Below the pieces are notes generated by a model. That model searched no databases. It had not been told where the DNA came from and was given only the letters and a program-made list of their open reading frames with translations. From Methanocorpusculum sp. (GTDB taxonomy: Archaea; Halobacteriota; Methanomicrobia; Methanomicrobiales; Methanocorpusculaceae), in assembly GCA_034932965.1 (NCBI GenBank), contig JAYFOG010000005.1:3296-67295 (forward strand): 64,000 nucleotides of DNA. The letters run 5' to 3'. Of the stretch, positions 60,890-64,000 are shown piece after piece. Made by a program: the position numbers and the translations under genes. Each line of letters opens with the position of its first letter. Positions within the stretch are counted from its first letter, which is position 1.

Positions 60890-62026
60890 ATGGCAGAATC
60901 TGATGAAGATATTATTGTTGATATGAAACATTATTTTTCTGAGGCATATGCCTTAGATTTCGAGCCATATTCCAAACACGTTAATAATATACTGGATCAT
61001 TTAATCAAATCAGAGATTCTAAATTATAAAAATTCGGATGTATTAGTAATCGGTAGAAAAGGAGTGAGTCTTTTTCAACCATATATTAAGACGGTTAATA
61101 GAGAGAACAATTTACAGGGAATTTTTACTATTCAATTATTTTCCCACTCAAAACATCCCATTATAAAAATGGTACAACCTCATCGATATAGTGATTTTAA
61201 GCCACTTAAACAAATAGAACGCATAAGGAAAAGATTTTACGGGAAGGTTATATTATTAACCGACGCAATCAATTCAGGAAATGAAATATCAGAGGTCATA
61301 AAAACAATTGATCCCAAAAATATCTCTAAAATATGTGGTTATCTTGCAAATAAAGATCGTCTTTCTGAATTACAAAAAAAATATCCTCGCATACAATTTT
61401 CATTTATTAAAATAGTAAACAAAGAGGAGTATACCTTAGAACAAGATAGATTGCAACTTATATATCAGAGTCGATTGATCCCAATCGATGGGGAACACCC
61501 ATATCAGATATATTCATTAAAATATCAATTAAGCCCAGAAGATCTTGTCAATCACATGGATAATATTTTTAGTAAATTTAAATTAGCAGAGACAAATCTA
61601 AAAAAAGATGAACTACTTGTCCCAAACATCTCTAGTTATACCATTAATTTAGATTACAATATATTATGTCAGGAAAATCCAGAATTAATACAACAAGTAT
61701 ATGATATTGAAAGACTGCAAGTAAGATTTAAAATTGATCCTAAAGAATCTAAATTAAGAATAATGGCACTTGCTCTTGTAAATAATACAGATATTGATAT
61801 CAATAAGCAATGTAACATTGAATATAAAACATGTGGAATAAATATCCTCAAAAAAATGTGTGAAACGATTTCTATCCCACACCCAATGAAAGATAAACCT
61901 CAAGAAAAAATTTGTCCCCTCTGTATCGATTTAAATATTTCAAATTTCATTATTTTCTATGCTGAAAAAGAACTGTTCAAAATATTAGAATCAAATGGGG
62001 TTAAGATTGATAAAATGGAAATTTAA
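60890..62026 (+). CDS. Phosphoribosyltransferase-like protein with unknown C-terminal domain
   Basis: VLVIGRKG and GKVILLTDAINSGNEI (degenerate PRPP-binding loop); Cys-rich C-terminus (CPLC). Confidence 0.6.
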   Translation: MAESDEDIIVDMKHYFSEAYALDFEPYSKHVNNILDHLIKSEILNYKNSDVLVIGRKGVSLFQPYIKTVNRENNLQGIFTIQLFSHSKHPIIKMVQPHRYSDFKPLKQIERIRKRFYGKVILLTDAINSGNEISEVIKTIDPKNISKICGYLANKDRLSELQKKYPRIQFSFIKIVNKEEYTLEQDRLQLIYQSRLIPIDGEHPYQIYSLKYQLSPEDLVNHMDNIFSKFKLAETNLKKDELLVPNISSYTINLDYNILCQENPELIQQVYDIERLQVRFKIDPKESKLRIMALALVNNTDIDINKQCNIEYKTCGINILKKMCETISIPHPMKDKPQEKICPLCIDLNISNFIIFYAEKELFKILESNGVKIDKMEI

Positions 62027-62047
62027 TCGGATGAAAACGGAATCAAG

Positions 62048-62252
62048 TTAGAGTTGGTCACAAAGCCCCATCAGCTCTTCAACCCTTTCGAGGATGCGAC
62101 GTTGTTTGGCGATTCGTGGGAGGGGAGTAGCGTAATTCTTTACCTGTTTTACATCAATAGGTTTTGCAGCAATTTCTTGTTGCTCAACATTAGCGGATTT
62201 TAAAATTTTAGGGGATTTGTTAGGCTGAGCTCATCGACTCCGACGATGATAC
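62048..62252 (-). pseudogene. Type I R-M specificity subunit (hsdS) C-terminal remnant
   Basis: Manual translation ..VKNYATPLPRIAKQRRILERVEELMGLCDQL*, with an upstream out-of-frame RIIVGVDEL. No start codon. Confidence 0.7.
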
Positions 62253-62271
62253 GCCAAAATAGAACTCCGTA

Positions 62272-62293
62272 AAAAGGAGGGAAATCCCTCCCG
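62272..62293 (-). terminator. Hairpin plus T-run terminator
   Basis: Minus strand GGGAGGGATTTCCCTCC followed by TTTTT. Confidence 0.6.
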
Positions 62294-62319
62294 TAAGGAA
62301 ATATTGCTGCACTCATACA

Positions 62320-62424
62320 TTACTTCTGCCCTGTGAGAAAACCTTCGACAAGTTTCCCAAAGAGCATGATGAGAAACCCGAGGAAGAGCATGATCAATTT
62401 CCGGAGCCGGCTGGAGATCTGCAT
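62320..62424 (-). CDS. 34-aa hydrophobic peptide (not in ORF track)
   Basis: MQISSRLRKLIMLFLGFLIMLFGKLVEGFLTGQK*, preceded by GGGAGG 13 bp after the upstream stop and followed by a terminator. Confidence 0.55.
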   Translation of the reverse strand: MQISSRLRKLIMLFLGFLIMLFGKLVEGFLTGQK

Positions 62425-62437
62425 CTCCGCCCTCCCG

Positions 62438-62929
62438 TTAGTTCAGGGCCGGCTTCGTGTCTGCCCAGGCGTCCACTGCGGCGATCGTTGCGTCGTCGGC
62501 ATAGCCGGAAACGGTCATCGAATCGCGGTTGAGACTGATCTGGAAAGTATCGGTCCCGAGCTTTGCGGAAATGCGGACGTTCCAGGTCGCTTCGGTACCG
62601 ATCTCCGTGGTCTCTGCAGTCCCGCCGTTTCCGAATGCTGCTTTAAGATCCGCACTGCCGGTAAGGGCGGTGATCGCTGCGGCATATTCTGCCCGCGTGT
62701 AGGCGGTGACCTGGACCTTGCCGTTCATTGCGGAAGTGTTCGGGTCGAAGTAGCCGACATAGGTCTTGTAGGTCTGCTTCCCGAGCTCGACTTCGGTAAG
62801 GCCGAGGGGATTTGTAACACCGGTAATTTCTGCGATGATCGCATCATACGCGGCGGCGTTCGTAAATTCTGTACTGAAGATCCGCTTTGCGGACTTCGAG
62901 ATTGCTGTCTGAATGAAATCAGCTGTCAT
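62438..62929 (-). CDS. Hypothetical Ala/Thr-rich protein (Methanomicrobiales-type family)
   Basis: 163 aa, MTADFIQT..VDAWADTKPAL. Host-like codon usage; no recognised catalytic motif. Confidence 0.7.
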   Translation of the reverse strand: MTADFIQTAISKSAKRIFSTEFTNAAAYDAIIAEITGVTNPLGLTEVELGKQTYKTYVGYFDPNTSAMNGKVQVTAYTRAEYAAAITALTGSADLKAAFGNGGTAETTEIGTEATWNVRISAKLGTDTFQISLNRDSMTVSGYADDATIAAVDAWADTKPALN

Positions 62930-63239
62930 GGTTTTTTTGTCCCGAGATCAGTTGGGGCCCCGTCCAACCTCTATACAATTATAGGATGTAGAAGAGTAAA
63001 TCTGTAAAGTTATTGCAAATTTTTTGCAAAATAGTTAGATTTATATGGTGACATTTGGATGACGTGCAACGAACTCAGTTGAGTCAATCTCTGATTTGCG
63101 GTTCGCGGTTGGTTTTTTTTCTTTTGTGTTCACACCATGCCAATTCCCTAACGAATTAAATGTCAGGCACTACCTACATTTTACGGTTTTTTTCACAAAG
63201 TCGGACACATGCCGAACTTCTACCATTAAAAAAGAATCC

Positions 63240-63437
63240 CTAGAGCTCCAGCTTTCGCCGGAGTTCGTCTGAGATGATCACTACAGGCCTTCTGACATTA
63301 TGCCTCCTCTCTGCTGTTCTGACTGCCGACTCGGGACACCCGATCAGATTTGCGATGTCCCTGACGTTCATGCCGTTTCTCATCAATGCAAGGAACTGCT
63401 CCCTGTCACAGAGAATAGGATATTCATACCACATCAT
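63240..63437 (-). CDS. Small HTH protein
   Basis: GMNVRDIANLIGCPESAVR; overlaps the upstream stop. Confidence 0.7.
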   Translation of the reverse strand: MMWYEYPILCDREQFLALMRNGMNVRDIANLIGCPESAVRTAERRHNVRRPVVIISDELRRKLEL

Positions 63438-63919
63438 TCTGCTATCCGCACCACCTTCGTCAGGCTCTCATGCGGGACCTTTTTGATATACCTCGCCGCC
63501 TCCCGGTCCGGCAGCGCTTTTTTCAGATCCAGCAGATTCACCCGCTCCACCTCTGCCACCCGGCCGCGGCCTGCCGCCTCCACCGAGAGGTCATACAGAG
63601 TCTTCAGCCCGAGGAACCGCTTCGCATCCGCCGGCTGGATAAACACCAGCTCATCGTAGATATCGGGCAGCTCATCACGCAGCCGGTCCGCATCCACCAC
63701 CCGATCCATCGGGATCTCGACTTCGAACTCTGCCGACTCGAGCCCCTCGGCTCGGATCAGCCCGATCAGCTCCTTATGTCTCTTTTCGAACAGCACCTGG
63801 AGCTCTTTGAGGCAGTAGAGAAACTCCTGATACCGATATGCCGCCGCGAATTCGTCAGCGGGAACCGGCCACCACTCCTGAAGGAATACCTCCAGAACGA
63901 CCGGGGAAAGCGGCTCCAT
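63434..63919 (-). CDS. Hypothetical protein, virus/mobile-element-like
   Basis: ATG at 63919 preceded by GGAGGTG; translationally coupled on both sides. Confidence 0.65.
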   Translation of the reverse strand: MEPLSPVVLEVFLQEWWPVPADEFAAAYRYQEFLYCLKELQVLFEKRHKELIGLIRAEGLESAEFEVEIPMDRVVDADRLRDELPDIYDELVFIQPADAKRFLGLKTLYDLSVEAAGRGRVAEVERVNLLDLKKALPDREAARYIKKVPHESLTKVVRIAE

Positions 63920-64000
63920 CACGGCACCTCCTTGTAGGTCCGGCGGGTCACGATCCGCCAGATCGTGCATCGCGAGACCCCATACTCATCTGCCATTTTC
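63919..64000 (-). CDS. Partial CDS (runs off the window) with C-terminal HTH
   Basis: ..KMADEYGVSRCTIWRIVTRRTYKEVP*, TGATG overlap with the next gene. Confidence 0.6.
   Translation of the reverse strand, partial: KMADEYGVSRCTIWRIVTRRTYKEVP

Noticed and set aside
59610-62026. Retron system (PRTase + wHTH effectors)
   Set aside because: No reverse transcriptase or msr-msd-like inverted repeat was seen in the window.

Overview
Archaeal chromosome segment from a hydrogenotrophic methanogen of the Methanomicrobiales, most likely Methanocorpusculum (inferred from gene content and protein style, not from a search). About 59 kb is mostly core genes: argCJB, nop5-fibrillarin, fno, thiC, purF, pdaD, nrdJ, rps12-rps7-fusA, queDEC, echABCDEF, the HMG-CoA synthase/thiolase/DUF35 cluster, ribK, ileS and aor-moeB-moaD. 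Notable non-core observations: (1) an intact bacterial-type def-fmt operon in an archaeon; (2) a very AT-rich island (59.6-62.0 kb) encoding an HD phosphohydrolase, a winged-helix protein and a PRTase-like protein, followed by a decayed hsdS fragment and the edge of a probable provirus or integrative element, which is a candidate undescribed defence module; (3) a diverged copy of the 3' end of the NCS2 permease gene directly beside that island, suggesting an exchangeable cassette slot; (4) a highly symmetric non-coding locus at 11.35-11.91 kb with 77-bp inverted arms, an AT-rich core and ORB-like boxes, a candidate replication origin with no adjacent orc1/cdc6; (5) a tandem diverged copy of the fusA 3' end interrupted by a clean 46-bp hairpin insertion from a family of tiny palindromic repeats; (6) a dispersed TAGGACTTACGCGGTG-like motif at gene ends; (7) small ORFs missed by the ORF track. 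No rRNA, tRNA, CRISPR array, transposase or integrase was seen. All family assignments are from motif recognition by eye; no database searches were run.
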